A DNA stretch of 39,684 bases from Catajapyx aquilonaris (lineage: Eukaryota): contig JYFJ02003601.1 of assembly GCA_000934665.2 (NCBI GenBank), positions 1 to 39,684 of the forward strand, read 5' to 3'. Position 1 is the stretch's first letter; every line of letters starts with the position of its first letter. Of this stretch, positions 11,301 through 22,273 are shown one piece after another. The notes under the pieces were generated by a model that saw nothing but the letters and a program-made list of their open reading frames with translations, was not told where the DNA came from and did not search any database. The translations under genes were made by a program, and so were the position numbers.

Positions 11301-12379
11301 GGGACATAAGTACAAACATAGAAACATACTCTGTGCTGCACACGGGGCAATTCCTCTTCCACGGCTCCTTGCTGGATTGAAGTCCCATCTTTTCTAAAAA
11401 TAGGACCACGAACGGAACACTTCTTCATTTTTTAACTCAAATTGCAAAACTGAACTCGACCTTGATAAGTCATGCAAAAATAATAATTACCTTGCCCACT
11501 ATACGCAAAAAAAAATTTGAGTGTCAGATTTTCCTCCTTCTGGTCAACACACCCACCACCTAGAGTCTCAGCTAACTCATTGGCGCCCGAGAGAGGGACT
11601 GGTCAGAGGGCATATAAAAGAAGGATAAAAAATGTCGCATAAGTTACAGGGCAAGTCGGTCAACCTTGAAAGCCCGGTCTGCTCTCAACCGGCACGGATT
11701 GGTATTTGTGTATAGTGAAACCCGGTGGTACCGAATGCCTTTTTGTGGGTATGGAGCTTTAATAGCATGGTACTGGGTTTTAAACTGCTGTAATTTCGAG
11801 TGACCTTTTGTGATCCAGGAAGCTCAACAGATGCAAAGGATAGGACTTCCGTTTGCTTATGTAAATGTACTATAGTCTAGACGTCCCTTTACATATCCTA
11901 TTTTCGGTTATCTCTACAATGTGATATCTATTCTTCTAATACCTTCAGGGTGGTGAAATTAAATCACTTGGTATCATCAACATTGGGTTGAATTTTCGTC
12001 CCACTGCTAGTTACTTCTAACTTAACAGTAGGCCTACAAACTGATACCGTTAGCATTAACTAGCAGTGGGAAGAAAATTCAACCCATTGTAACATTTGGC
12101 AATTTCTAATCACTTACGTCGAAATTAATGATATTTTGGCTCCTCATTAAAACCACAGATATATCTAGAGTCCTATATGTAGGACACTTGTACAATTGTT
12201 ACTTTGTGTTCATTCGCTTATTTAAAATAAATAAAATCACATAATAAAAAATTGACCATACAGGAATATCTAGGTTAATTAATGCCAGATATACGTACCT
12301 TTAGACTAACACGTATAGTAAATAGATATGGTTATGTTTACCTTGCTGCATTATCCTTGTGATGACAGAACCTCTTCAT
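2350..12379 (-). CDS. AOX: Aldehyde oxidase-type molybdo-flavoenzyme (XDH/AOX family), copy 1, 21 coding exons
   Basis: Exons splice in frame with GT-AG: 12379-12342 (inferred first exon), 8832-8714, 8654-8485, 8430-8270, 8210-8039, 7823-7613, 7552-7332, 7240-7129, 7066-6951, 6889-6761, 6701-6368, 6313-6198, 6140-6054, 5993-5590, 4335-4152, 4093-3895, 3832-3576, 3512-3225, 3157-2936, 2868-2502, 2420-2350. Motifs: 2Fe-2[18 protein letters not shown] and CRCTG; FAD region VGTLAGN; Moco region [35 protein letters not shown] and KSTGE. Confidence 0.93.
4415..5491 (+). mobile_element. Non-autonomous Helitron inside AOX copy 1 intron (4336-5589)
   Basis: Starts A|TC (tctcttatatctataaataagg...gtttgtgagtttgtttgtcc; alternative start 4424). 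Ends with hairpin acccgggcaacgccgggt (5464-5481) plus aacctgCTAG|T. No TSD. The homologous intron in copy 2 is only 60 bp (15077-15136). Confidence 0.8.
4664..4968 (-). mobile_element. tRNA-derived SINE nested in the Helitron
   Basis: On the minus strand: A box TGGCGCTGCGG (4954-4944), B box GGTTCGATCCC (4935-4925), a 9 bp-stem 3' hairpin (4685-4710) and an A8 tail (4675-4668). Flanked by the direct repeat GGAAATGCC (4655-4663 and 4969-4977). Confidence 0.65.
9462..9634. repeat. ATCGAT-rich cluster, probably a DNA-transposon subterminal remnant
   Basis: ATCGAT at 9474, 9488, 9496, 9518, 9561, 9611 and 9627. The context gatgggac/gatgggaaa-tatcgat occurs twice. Confidence 0.55.
10187..11197. 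mobile_element. ~1 kb near-perfect palindromic Tc1/mariner-type foldback MITE
   Basis: TA|catggtggacggaaagtttcggacccc ... ggggtccgaaactttccgtccaccctg|TA. Arms 10187-10670 and 10723-11197 with a ~52 bp spacer. CAGGGTG-type end with TA flanks. Confidence 0.88.
11980..12090. repeat. ~110 bp palindromic mini-element
   Basis: acattgggttgaattttcgtcccactgctagtta is inverted against taactagcagtgggaagaaaattcaacccattgt, with a central palindrome gtaggcctac. Confidence 0.7.
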
Positions 12380-12398
12380 GGTTGAGAATCTTCTGCGC

Positions 12399-12404
12399 AA
12401 CTGA
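12399..12404 (-). promoter_or_regulatory. Candidate arthropod initiator (TCAGTT) for AOX copy 1
   Basis: ATCAGTT lies ~20 nt upstream of the caaccATG of the inferred first exon. Confidence 0.35.
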
Positions 12405-13136
12405 TTATCCTCCGCAAGTCCAAGAAGCGCACAGACATTTAGCACACGCAAATGACGTAAGTTACTTGCAAGATCATTGGTGCGCTAAATTAGAGGAAGT
12501 GAGCTTCCTCCTGGGTGCTATTAGTTCTAACGTCAAAATCTGTTGTTTTGCAAGGTCTTGCAATTTCGGGAAAGGTACGTTTCAATCATCCGATAGGCCA
12601 TTGTCATCTTTGGCATTTGTGTATCCCCCTCCCATGCCGAAAACACACATAATACTTTATTATGCAATAGGTGCATCTAAACACTGCTATGCTGCGTTAT
12701 GGAGAATGTCTGCGCAATTTGTTCAGGTCTGTGTGGTTCAAAATGCATGCAACGAGTAATGTGCTATTCATTCGTAATAAGGAAATAATGTTCCCGGTTG
12801 TATTGCTTTACAATTGCTTCTTGTGCGCTACACGCAAAGGTTATTTGCTTATTTCATGCCACGTTAGTTCTCCCTCATGCCTTTTTATAAGTTTAAAAAT
12901 ACACAAACACGACAATATATTTGTGCATTATTTCAATGTTTATTTCACTGTCAGTGAATAGTTATTGAATCCATCCTAATTTTTGGAGGGGTAAAATTTC
13001 AATTCTTCATACAACTAGCTACTGCCCTGGTTTATTGTAAGTCACCACTACAATACGGTATTTTATTTTCATTGCAACTATAAATGCAAAATGATATACA
13101 TTTTCAGTGGGAAAAAACCAGGCTGAGAATAACAAA

Positions 13137-16100
13137 CTATTTCAGGACAAACTGATCTGGAGTACTTAAGCAGTGTCCAAACGCGTCTTCAACTGTTGTA
13201 GGGCCATCTGCAACAACAAAATGTTCATAAATGCCGCCGAAATTAAGTCTATAAATTAATCTGTAAGAATAACTTACCCATTTGATACCAGTCTGATCTA
13301 CCCTGCTCTGCTCTGGCTGAGTCCAGGGCATCTCTCATGGCAAACAACACACAGGAGGCCATGCAAAGCGGGGCTTCCCCGGTACTCTTGGATCGCAAGA
13401 CACCGTACGGATTGGGAGCCTTTTTCAGCAGAGTCACGTAGAAGTTTTCTGGTATGTCCCTGCTGCTAGGAGGCTTGTACTCCCAGGTGTTATGGGTCAG
13501 CAACTCCCCTGTGTTGACGTCGAATCGGAATTTCTCTGTCATCCACAGTCCAAGACCCATCACAAAAGCACCTTCGACTTGACCAATGTCGACGTCTGGG
13601 TTCATACTGATACCTGCATCTTCCAATATGTCTGCTCTCCGTACCTTCAAAAATGTGTGGTCACATATAGCGTATTTGACAATGACATGTACAGCTTACA
13701 ATGGTCTGTCCAGTGAGGATGTCCATTTCGACCTCAACAGCCGTCACCCCATACACATGATATGTCTTGACCCCATCTGTGGGACTCTCCATGTAATGTG
13801 CCGCCAGATTGATGCCGCTGTTATAACAGTTGGCCACCAGTTCTTGCCAGGTAGGGTTCTGCATCTTCTCCCTTATTGGTTGCAAGCGTTCATTCAGTAT
13901 CTTGCAGCACATTTGGGCAGCCTGCGGAGAGGTCAGGTATAGGTTACGCTGAAATGTTTATATGCTTACAAATGCTTACGTATGCGCAGAGGTCACTGCC
14001 AATAGCTCCTCCTGTGCATCCTCCGTTTGCACCAACCAAATTGTTCGATGCCTTCACTTTGATCAGGTCCAGTGGTATGCCCAGCTCATAGGCGACCACC
14101 TGGGCTACTTTGGTGTTGATCCCTTGGCCCATTTCGATTCCTCCTTGGGAAACTGCCACAGTGCCATCCTCGTGATAGATGACCACAAACATAGGAAATG
14201 GTATCCCATATTCAACAGGCCAGCGCATAGGAATCATGGCCAGTCCCTTCTTTCTCCAACGATTGTTCTGGAAACAGCTCGAAATCAGTCACAGTTTACT
14301 TTGATTGTTCTGCATTTAGTGGACAGAGGCTCTTACCTTGTTGAACTCATTAATTTCAACACGACGAGTGTCGTAGTTGGATGACTCTTTCAGTTGAGTC
14401 ACCATCTTCGGCAATGGAAATTCCTCCACTTCCTCCATGGGCGCCAGTGTGCCATACAATGTCTTTGTAATCATCATGTCTCCAGGTTTCAACATGTTTG
14501 CATTGCGAACCTCCCAAGGATCCATCTTTAGCTCTCGAGCCACATGCTCCATTATGGTCTCAATAATTGCAATTCCTTGCACTGTTCCTGTAATACAAAT
14601 GGTTTTTAATATTTTGTTGAAGTCTAAATGGCAAACTCGCCCACCTGGAGATCTACAATAGACATTGGCAGCCGTGTTGGTGATGACACTTGCAGGTACC
14701 AGGTTCCAGTTGGTAGCATCGTAGCTATTTTGTGCCGCAATCACCGCAAAGAACGACGTCGACTCATTAGTGTCCATCCCACAATCGCAAATGGCATCAC
14801 CCTTCAGGCTCACAAACTTCCCATTTTGGTCCACCTCAACCTAACAAACAATCAGCTATCAAAATGCACAATGCAAGTGACCCAAAACTCACCTCGTATG
14901 AGACAAAGTACGGAAACCGTCGTCCCAACATCTTCATGTTGGTGTCAATGTCCAAAACAGCCCTCACTGGACGATTAAGCTTCACTGCTGCCAGAGCACA
15001 ACAACCACTGACCAACGAAGGGTGCGTGATCTTGGCTCCATACGCACCTCCTAATCTTCGCACTTGCAGATTTATTCTGGAGCACAATACAACCAGAGTC
15101 ATAAAATCAGAAGACTGTATGAAGCATGGTACTCACGCATTGTCTTGCACTCCCAACACTTGAGCCACAGCACATTGGACATGGTCAATCCACTGAGTAG
15201 CCGCATACACGTCCATTCCATCCTCGGTCGGAATACAGTAAGCCGTCTGAGGCTCGATGCTGAAGTGGTATTGGTGACCAGTGTTGAATCGACCCTTGAT
15301 GACCTTCGTGCTTCCAGTGGACTTACTGCCGACTGGACCCAAGATCGGGTCGCGCCTTGTGATTCTCTTCTCGTCTTCCAAAGCCTCTTCTATCTTCAGG
15401 ATCGGCTTCTTCACATCTGTGTACTCTACCTTTACCTTCAGAGCAGCTTCGACAGACAGTGTTGGACTCTCTGCCACGATGACCCCCAGCGACTGACCTC
15501 CAAACATCACTTTGCCGCTGCAGAGAAACTGGTGAAAGACAAAGGGTTGCAATTATTGGTGGATCGCAACGACCAAAAGCTTACTTCTTCTGGGATGGCT
15601 CCAGGCATCTGAAAGTTGTTGAGTCCTGGTATATCTTGTGCAGTGAAGAAGGCAACCACGCCGTCCATATTCTGAAGCATAAGTAAACCAATCAGAAAGT
15701 GGGGAGCCCATTATGAGTTGTTACATACCAAGGCATCGGATGGATCAATCTGTTTCAGCTTAGCATTGGCTTGAGTTGATGTGACAAATGCCAAGTGAAG
15801 GTCTGTCGGGCGATGTGGTATGTCATTGATGTATTCAGCTTCTCCTGAAGTGGAATTTTTGTGATGAAGCCAGAGGTTGACAATTCGTGTCAATGAGTAC
15901 CTGAACATTGAGCCATTGCTTCAAGTTTGATCACGGGTTTGCTGAGTGGCCACGTACTCTTGTCTGTGTCAAAATCTTGTTTCCCATAGGACACACCTCT
16001 TTCCAGGTGGTCAGCCCCTGTCTTCAGCCTGTCGCCCACCACGTCTTTGAGGACAAATAGAACATATTTGTAGAACAGGGACAACGAGAGGGACTTGCGG

Positions 16101-18439
16101 AACTCTGGAGAGGTTTCCACTTGAGAAGAATCAGGAACAATTTCTTCTGAGAGAATTTTGATGGCTCCGTTCAGTGTGTCCTGACTGTTCAGCTGCTTAC
16201 CAGTCAGGTATTGCTCTGTGCGAGTGGCATGAATCTGTTGATCACAAAATAGGTTATGCAATATGCCAAAAATGTTTCAGACAATGGTCTTTACGATTCA
16301 CATACAAAAGTGGCGCTGATTCCTCCGTAGACAATGCGTGGTTGGCCTATGATTTGATAGTTCTTGGCAGAATCCACTTTAGCCAGGAATCCGGCATTGA
16401 CATAAGCATGTGAAAACTGGTATCTTGGAAGAACCTAAATAGATTTGAACGTTAACATTTCACACAATGATTCACAGGTTGTTTTCTACAACCTTGAATG
16501 TTCTCATGACGTATGTGTAGTCCATTACGGGAAATGTGAAGCTCAATAACACTTTATTTTTCATGTCGATTTTGAGGAAGTCAGGCATGGTCATTTCCGT
16601 GTTTCCATCTGAAACAGGAAGCCAAGAAAATTGCGTAACCTCAAACCTACACGTTTAAAGTAATTCCTTCACAATAATTACGACACGGATAATGATACCC
16701 CCAACATTCATTGCTTACCTTTAGTCGCAATAACAACTTTTACTCCAGCAGTTTCAAAGGGTAGGAACAAATCAGAAGCAAAACCTTGATCACGATATTT
16801 CATCATTATATTTCCTGCCACTGTGCCCACCTTTGAGAGTTAAACATAATAATTAACAAACGTGCAGTGAAGCCGAGAAATTAATAATTACACTTACGTC
16901 ACGTATGGCATGGCTCGCAATCTTTTGCATGTGATGCAGAACAACAGTGAGATAACCGTAGTTATCTTCGCTTTGGATGTAGGCATCATTCAGAGTTTTC
17001 ATACATTCAGATATTGTGACACCACCACCTATGGTAAGCGGGTCAAGTTTTCTCTCTCGCAGTTCTGCTATGCCACTCAGGTCAATGTAAGCGTCATAAG
17101 GTCCTTCATGTTTGAAAACACCTGTACAACAAATGAATTTATATTAGTTTGCTTGAATAAACGCTCATTAGTTCTTGACATTGATTACCAGAAGCTGTGT
17201 TAGCTCCAACTAGCCGAACAGACTTATTCTTCAGTTGGTCCATAATTTGGAAACATTCCTTCAAACCGGAAGGTCGAAACCATTGGGCTCCATCGTTTGC
17301 CTTGATCCACAAGAATCGGTTTTCGATTGGCGGACGTGGATCAGTCCTAAACCAGCACTTTTCGGGCTTACCGCAGCAACCATTTTTGTTGAGATCCTAA
17401 TATTTTGATGTGATCAGAGCTCGTAAAATACCTGCAAAGTAACAGAGTCTGTACCTCTATGTCGACACATCTTCGGTTGATCTCTTGCTTCAATTCATCA
17501 GTTGCGTCTGACGCAAATGACTTGAACGTGTCAAGAATAGGACGAAACCCAGTGCATCGACAAATGTTTCCATCCAATTTGTTTTCAGCGTCTTGCATCG
17601 TGAATTTGGGGTCTTGCTCCTGCACACTGTGACATCGACATTGTTAGGTTAGGTTTATTCAGAGAGCATAAACATTTAAGGCCAACCTATTCATAAGCAT
17701 GACCATTCCAGGACTGCAGAACCCACATTGGGACCCGTTGAATTGGGCCAATCGCTTTTGAATCTCGTTGTGACCCTTGTATCTGTCACCCAGGCCATCG
17801 ACAGTGGTGATGTCCCATCCGTCGCACAGCATCACCGGAATCAGACACTGCAACAAATTGTTACCTTCATAACATGGGGAAAGGGGAGACGTATCCTCTT
17901 AACCAATGAGCGCACTCGTCTAGCATGCTACAGCCAATCAAGGCCTGCTTGTCACAATGAGCGAATGTCGATTGGCTCATCTTAATGTCTGAAATGTACG
18001 GGTACGTACCGAGTTGACTGCGCAAACTTTGTCCGTTTTGCTAGGCCTGTCAGGCACCTTCGCAGTGACGATACAAGCACCACAGCCTCCTTCACGACAT
18101 GACACTTTAGTTCCTTTGAATTGTGCCACATCTCGGATGAAATCGACCAGACGCATCCGAGACGACGTGGTCTGGTCCACTGCATCAGTAAAATCAGCCA
18201 AAAATCAGCAACAGTACTTTCAACTGAATATACTGCTGTACAGTACCTGTGAAGCTTTTCCCATTTATCCGGAGAGTGACTGTGGTCAGAGGAGAGTTGT
18301 CCATAACGTTCTGACCTCTTTGGGCCACTGAACCGTTGGCCATTGTTTCCATAGGTAACCTTCAGAAAGGGAAGTATAACAATACAGTCTGAATGGGCCG
18401 TGATGACCTTGCGTTACTATACCGGTAGGTGTTCCACAT
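13137..18439 (-). CDS. AOX: Aldehyde oxidase-type molybdo-flavoenzyme, copy 2 (tandem paralog)
   Basis: Same motifs as copy 1, and the same intron positions and phases wherever checked. Inferred first exon 18439-18408 ([11 protein letters not shown]), exon 2 18359-18247 (LPMETMANG...; alternative ATG at 18352), stop TAG 13139-13137. No frameshift seen in the exons read. Confidence 0.93.
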
Positions 18440-20176
18440 TGAGCTAATTTATTAATTATGAAAATTAATTATTAAAACCTTTCATACATTCTCCGCTGGT
18501 CAAAATACAATGCTTATGCATAATATTTAGCAAAACACTTAATGTTTCAAGTTGCCTGAGACGCCGAAGTTATCTGTCATTGTGTGGTAATACTTCGGCA
18601 AAGTGTTTTGAGTCACTTTGATAAAAGCAATTTAGCACAATCCTTGCGATAAGGTGCTGAGTTTTTCGAGTATGGCTCAACCGAATCAACACTGATAGCG
18701 CATTATGGCATGACAAACAATGGGACTGCAATTATAATTGCTGACAGAATATGAGCACAAATAAGTAAAAAGCAAAGAACAGTATGTTATGATTTCATTA
18801 AATATCATAATTTTCTACGCACTACTGACACATGATGACCTTACTACACTTGGTGCTAACATGTCTAATTACAGTTGCGCTAATACCAGGCTATTACATC
18901 TATTTAAAAATACCCTCATTACTCAAGGCCTACTAACACATATAATTTGACCTCATTCCCAGTTATATCTTATCAAGTCCCCCCAACACTCCAAAGATGT
19001 TCTGCAACCTTTGATTGCACTAACACCGCACACCTACCTTTGTTGGTGCAATCTGCACGCGAAATATGCAAAGTACAATGGCACCAACTTGACTGGAAAA
19101 AAAATATTTACATCCGCAGGATATGAAATAATACTTCCTTTCCTGCCACTTCAGCGATAACTGCCAGTCAAACGTATGCCCTTCAACCCTTCTTGACCTT
19201 CCCGTGACATCTTGCATAGTATCATTAGATTAGTTTCAAAAATACACATATACCCACATTGTAGTAGCATCTTTTCTTCTGCTGTTGCAACACAGCATGT
19301 TGGGCACTGTTGTTCCTTGACGTCTGATTCGCAGGAGAAGTTCTTACCTATTGATACGGGGCACTGTTAAACGGTCTTCCACTTATCGCAATGACAGGTG
19401 CTGACGTACTTGGGACCAATAGATGCGTTGAATTACCAGGAAGAAGGCCTTTCTAATTTTTGCAAGGTCAGAACTGTTGAGGACACGGAGGATGGTCGCT
19501 ACTGGTGTGTACAAGTTGTTTCAGACAAAATAGATTGTCTGTGCACCAGAAAATAGACATGTAAAGTGTTCGCAGGCTTCGAACCAATTATGAAACACCC
19601 TCAAAAATGAGCTCATTGTTTTGGATCATCTCAGCAAATAATAATGTGTTAATGAGTGTGCAATTTCATTTTCTTTGACTACCTAATCACCTTACGTACA
19701 CATTAAGATACCGCCAAGTTGTAATCATTGCTATCTTGCAAATGACCTTACGAAAATAGGCCAACTTATCGCATAGGAAGCTCCCTGATAAAGTCGCCTA
19801 CCTCTTTGAAAGATCGCTAACGACTGATAACGACTCAATTGCATTGCAATAACGGCTAAGTTGCATTGGAATAAACCCACATTATAAAGTGCAATGTTGC
19901 TCAATTCCGCAAGCCCAAACATAATGGATCATTTGACAGCCCCTGTAAGTAGACTGCACTGGTATTGTCCCCTTGTGCATATGCAACACATCAAACACAG
20001 GGAATGTTCACACCGGCATGGTTGCACCTTGTCCATCGTGACGTCACGGTCTCAGCTCCTTCCTATTTGGACGCGGCCTCGGTGTGCCGACAGCCTGGAT
20101 CACTTTCTTGGATCTTTGATTTCTCTTCTGGACGACGGTGATCAGTCAAATACACCCCAAGGGAAGCTTTACCAAC

Positions 20177-21652
20177 ATGGCAAGTATCGTTCAAGTTAGT
20201 GGGGAAGATTCTAATAATGTGCAAGACGCAAAAAGAAGGAGCTGCATTAGTACCATGTTCAGTACAGAAGTCAACATTATTCGCATTGTCTGGTGGTGCA
20301 CATGTTAACGAGGAATGTGTACAACACTGCAGGATACCGGTGGGATGCCAGGGCCTGTGCCAACTGCCGCAGCAGGGGTAGGGGCATCGGCTGCGTCCCC
20401 TGCTGTGTCGACGGCTGATTCGTTGTCTGCCGCACTCAAGGGCAACATCATCCCAAACCAGGAGTACCTTCTGCAGGGGAGCATCCTCGACTCCTCCATT
20501 GAAGTGCTGCTTCAGCGACTCAGGGGACTCTGCGACAATGTGGACTCGGGACCAGACACCTTCCAAGACCACGAGTTGGCCTTCAGCATGCGTAAGATCT
20601 AGTTACCCGCTTAATCTGAAATGAGGTGACTGACACTGGTGTTATGCAGGTGGAAGTAGCCCTCAGCCAGTGGTGTTGAGGGTGAGGCGTGCATTGGATG
20701 ATCCTGAAGCTCCTTGGCATTTGCGGTACATCGGCCAGCCTGAGCTAGGTAGATATGCCATGCATGCTATTATTTAGGCCTCTCATTACAGCAGCTATTA
20801 ACAATACTAGGAAAACCCTCGCTTCGCTCGCTCTTTTCTAGTATGGCCACTGAAACAGTGCAGATTCTGCAACAATTTTTACGAATCATTTTCAGGCACA
20901 TGCAAAAGCTGACAATGTATGAAATTTATGTGACAGGATGCAAAAAACTTGGGGCATCACAGAAATTCAGTCATGACTTTAGACTAGTGTTTCTCAACCG
21001 TTTTACCCTTGCGGAACCCTTGAAATAATATCCTTATCTCAGGGAACCCCCACCTTAGTTATAGACCTATCAATTAATGACTCAAAAATACATTATTTTA
21101 CATATGATTAGCCTATTCATATCTTTCTCGTGGAACCCCAGTTGAGAAACGCTGCTTTAGAGGCCACAGATACAGAGTTTATAACAATTTTTTTGTAATA
21201 TGCATTTGCATGTATGAATGTGAGCCAGTGGCCATAGGATTAATAACACAGTTTAAATTAAAATGTATTGAACTATACAAATGAGCGTTACTTGCACTTC
21301 CCCAGGTGACAAGAATCGCCCAACTCTGGTTCGCAACATAATTGATGTGGCCTGCAGCAGCAATGTGGTGGAATTTATAACAGAGCTTGGCTTCCGCCTG
21401 GAGTTTGAACACACTTCATTTGGCTACATGTTCCGCAAGGGCCGCATGAAGGTTACTGTCTCACGTGTGTGTAAAGGTGGGCCCCAGGGAAAGCCCTTTG
21501 AGAGTTTGGAGCGGGTGACACTCTCCCATATGGTTGAACTCAGTGTCGTGGCCCCAAGCGGACAGGATGCCATTGCGGATGACATGAAGGCATTTGCTGA
21601 GCAGTTGCGACCACTAGTGCAGCTGGATAAGATTGATTACAGGAGGCTCTGA
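20177..21652 (+). CDS. MED18: Mediator of RNA polymerase II transcription subunit 18
   Basis: NQEYLLQGSILD...LLQRLRGLCDN, PWHLRYIGQPE, RPTLVR..D, FITELGFRLEFE, GYMFRKGRMKVTVS, SHMVELSVVAPSGQD and FAEQLRPLVQLDKID. Exons 20333-20591, 20650-20748 and 21306-21652. Start is either ATG 20177 via a GC-AG intron or ATG 20345. Confidence 0.93.
20985..21154. mobile_element. hAT (Charlie/Buster-like) MITE in the last MED18 intron
   Basis: TIRs tagtgtttctcaac / gttgagaaacgctg. The 8 bp flanks ctttagac / ctttagag match 7/8 with a central TA. Internal ggaaccc repeats. Confidence 0.8.
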
Positions 21653-21890
21653 TTTGCGTACCTGAACAAACAGGATTGTAAGGGGTGCGCTGCTAAATGC
21701 ATCATTTTCAAAGTAAGTATTATTATTGATTCAGGTGTAAGAAATAGGATTTGCAATCTGCCTCTTGTGTCTGGACATCTTTTCCAGCTTTAAACCCAAA
21801 CATGCAGATACATCCACACATAAGTTTACCTTATGCCTTCATGTCATCAGAAAATAAAAATGTTTGGCAAAGGAAAAAAGTTGATTATAA

Positions 21891-22273
21891 TTTTACAGTT
21901 CTTCCCAGCTCTCGGACACTCTTATGGCTTATACATTGCTCCCCCTGTGAGCTTAGCTCTGCTCCCCCACCGACCGAGAGGGTTTGCCACGGGCGGCACT
22001 GGGATCAGGAGCCAATCTAGGTGTGCCACCACTAGCGGGAAATTCTGAAGCACTCAGCTCGACTCCGATTGGCTGGGGTAGTATAGGAAGCCTTAACTAC
22101 TCCAGCCCATCTATGCTCCGGCCTATCGGAGCTGACCCATATGGTTCACAATTTCCCACTGTGGCGGCACACATATCTTGGCTCCTGATCCCATCGTCAC
22201 CCTTGGCGTGGCAAACCCCGGAGCTAAGCTCACGCAAAATAGCAGGGAGTGTCCGGGGGCATGGGACTGAAAA
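21891..22273. repeat. Degenerate ~380 bp foldback (old MITE or hairpin)
   Basis: Nested complementary blocks: cggacactc/gagtgtccg, gtgagcttagctc/gagctaagctcac, gggtttgccacg/cgtggcaaaccc, tgggatcaggagccaa/ttggctcctgatccca, gggaaatt/aatttccc and ggctggggtagt/actactccagcc. Confidence 0.8.

Noticed and set aside
12328..12961. 143 aa and 96 aa + strand ORFs
   Set aside because: No recognisable domain. They overlap the inferred AOX first exon and promoter on the opposite strand.
17899..17985. TTAA-flanked, CCAAT-rich insert in an AOX copy 2 intron as a piggyBac MITE
   Set aside because: No clean TIRs inside the TTAA sites.
2350..18439. Xanthine dehydrogenase call
   Set aside because: The purine-binding Glu of GGGFGGKE and other XDH signatures are replaced. 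The sequence fits arthropod AOX.
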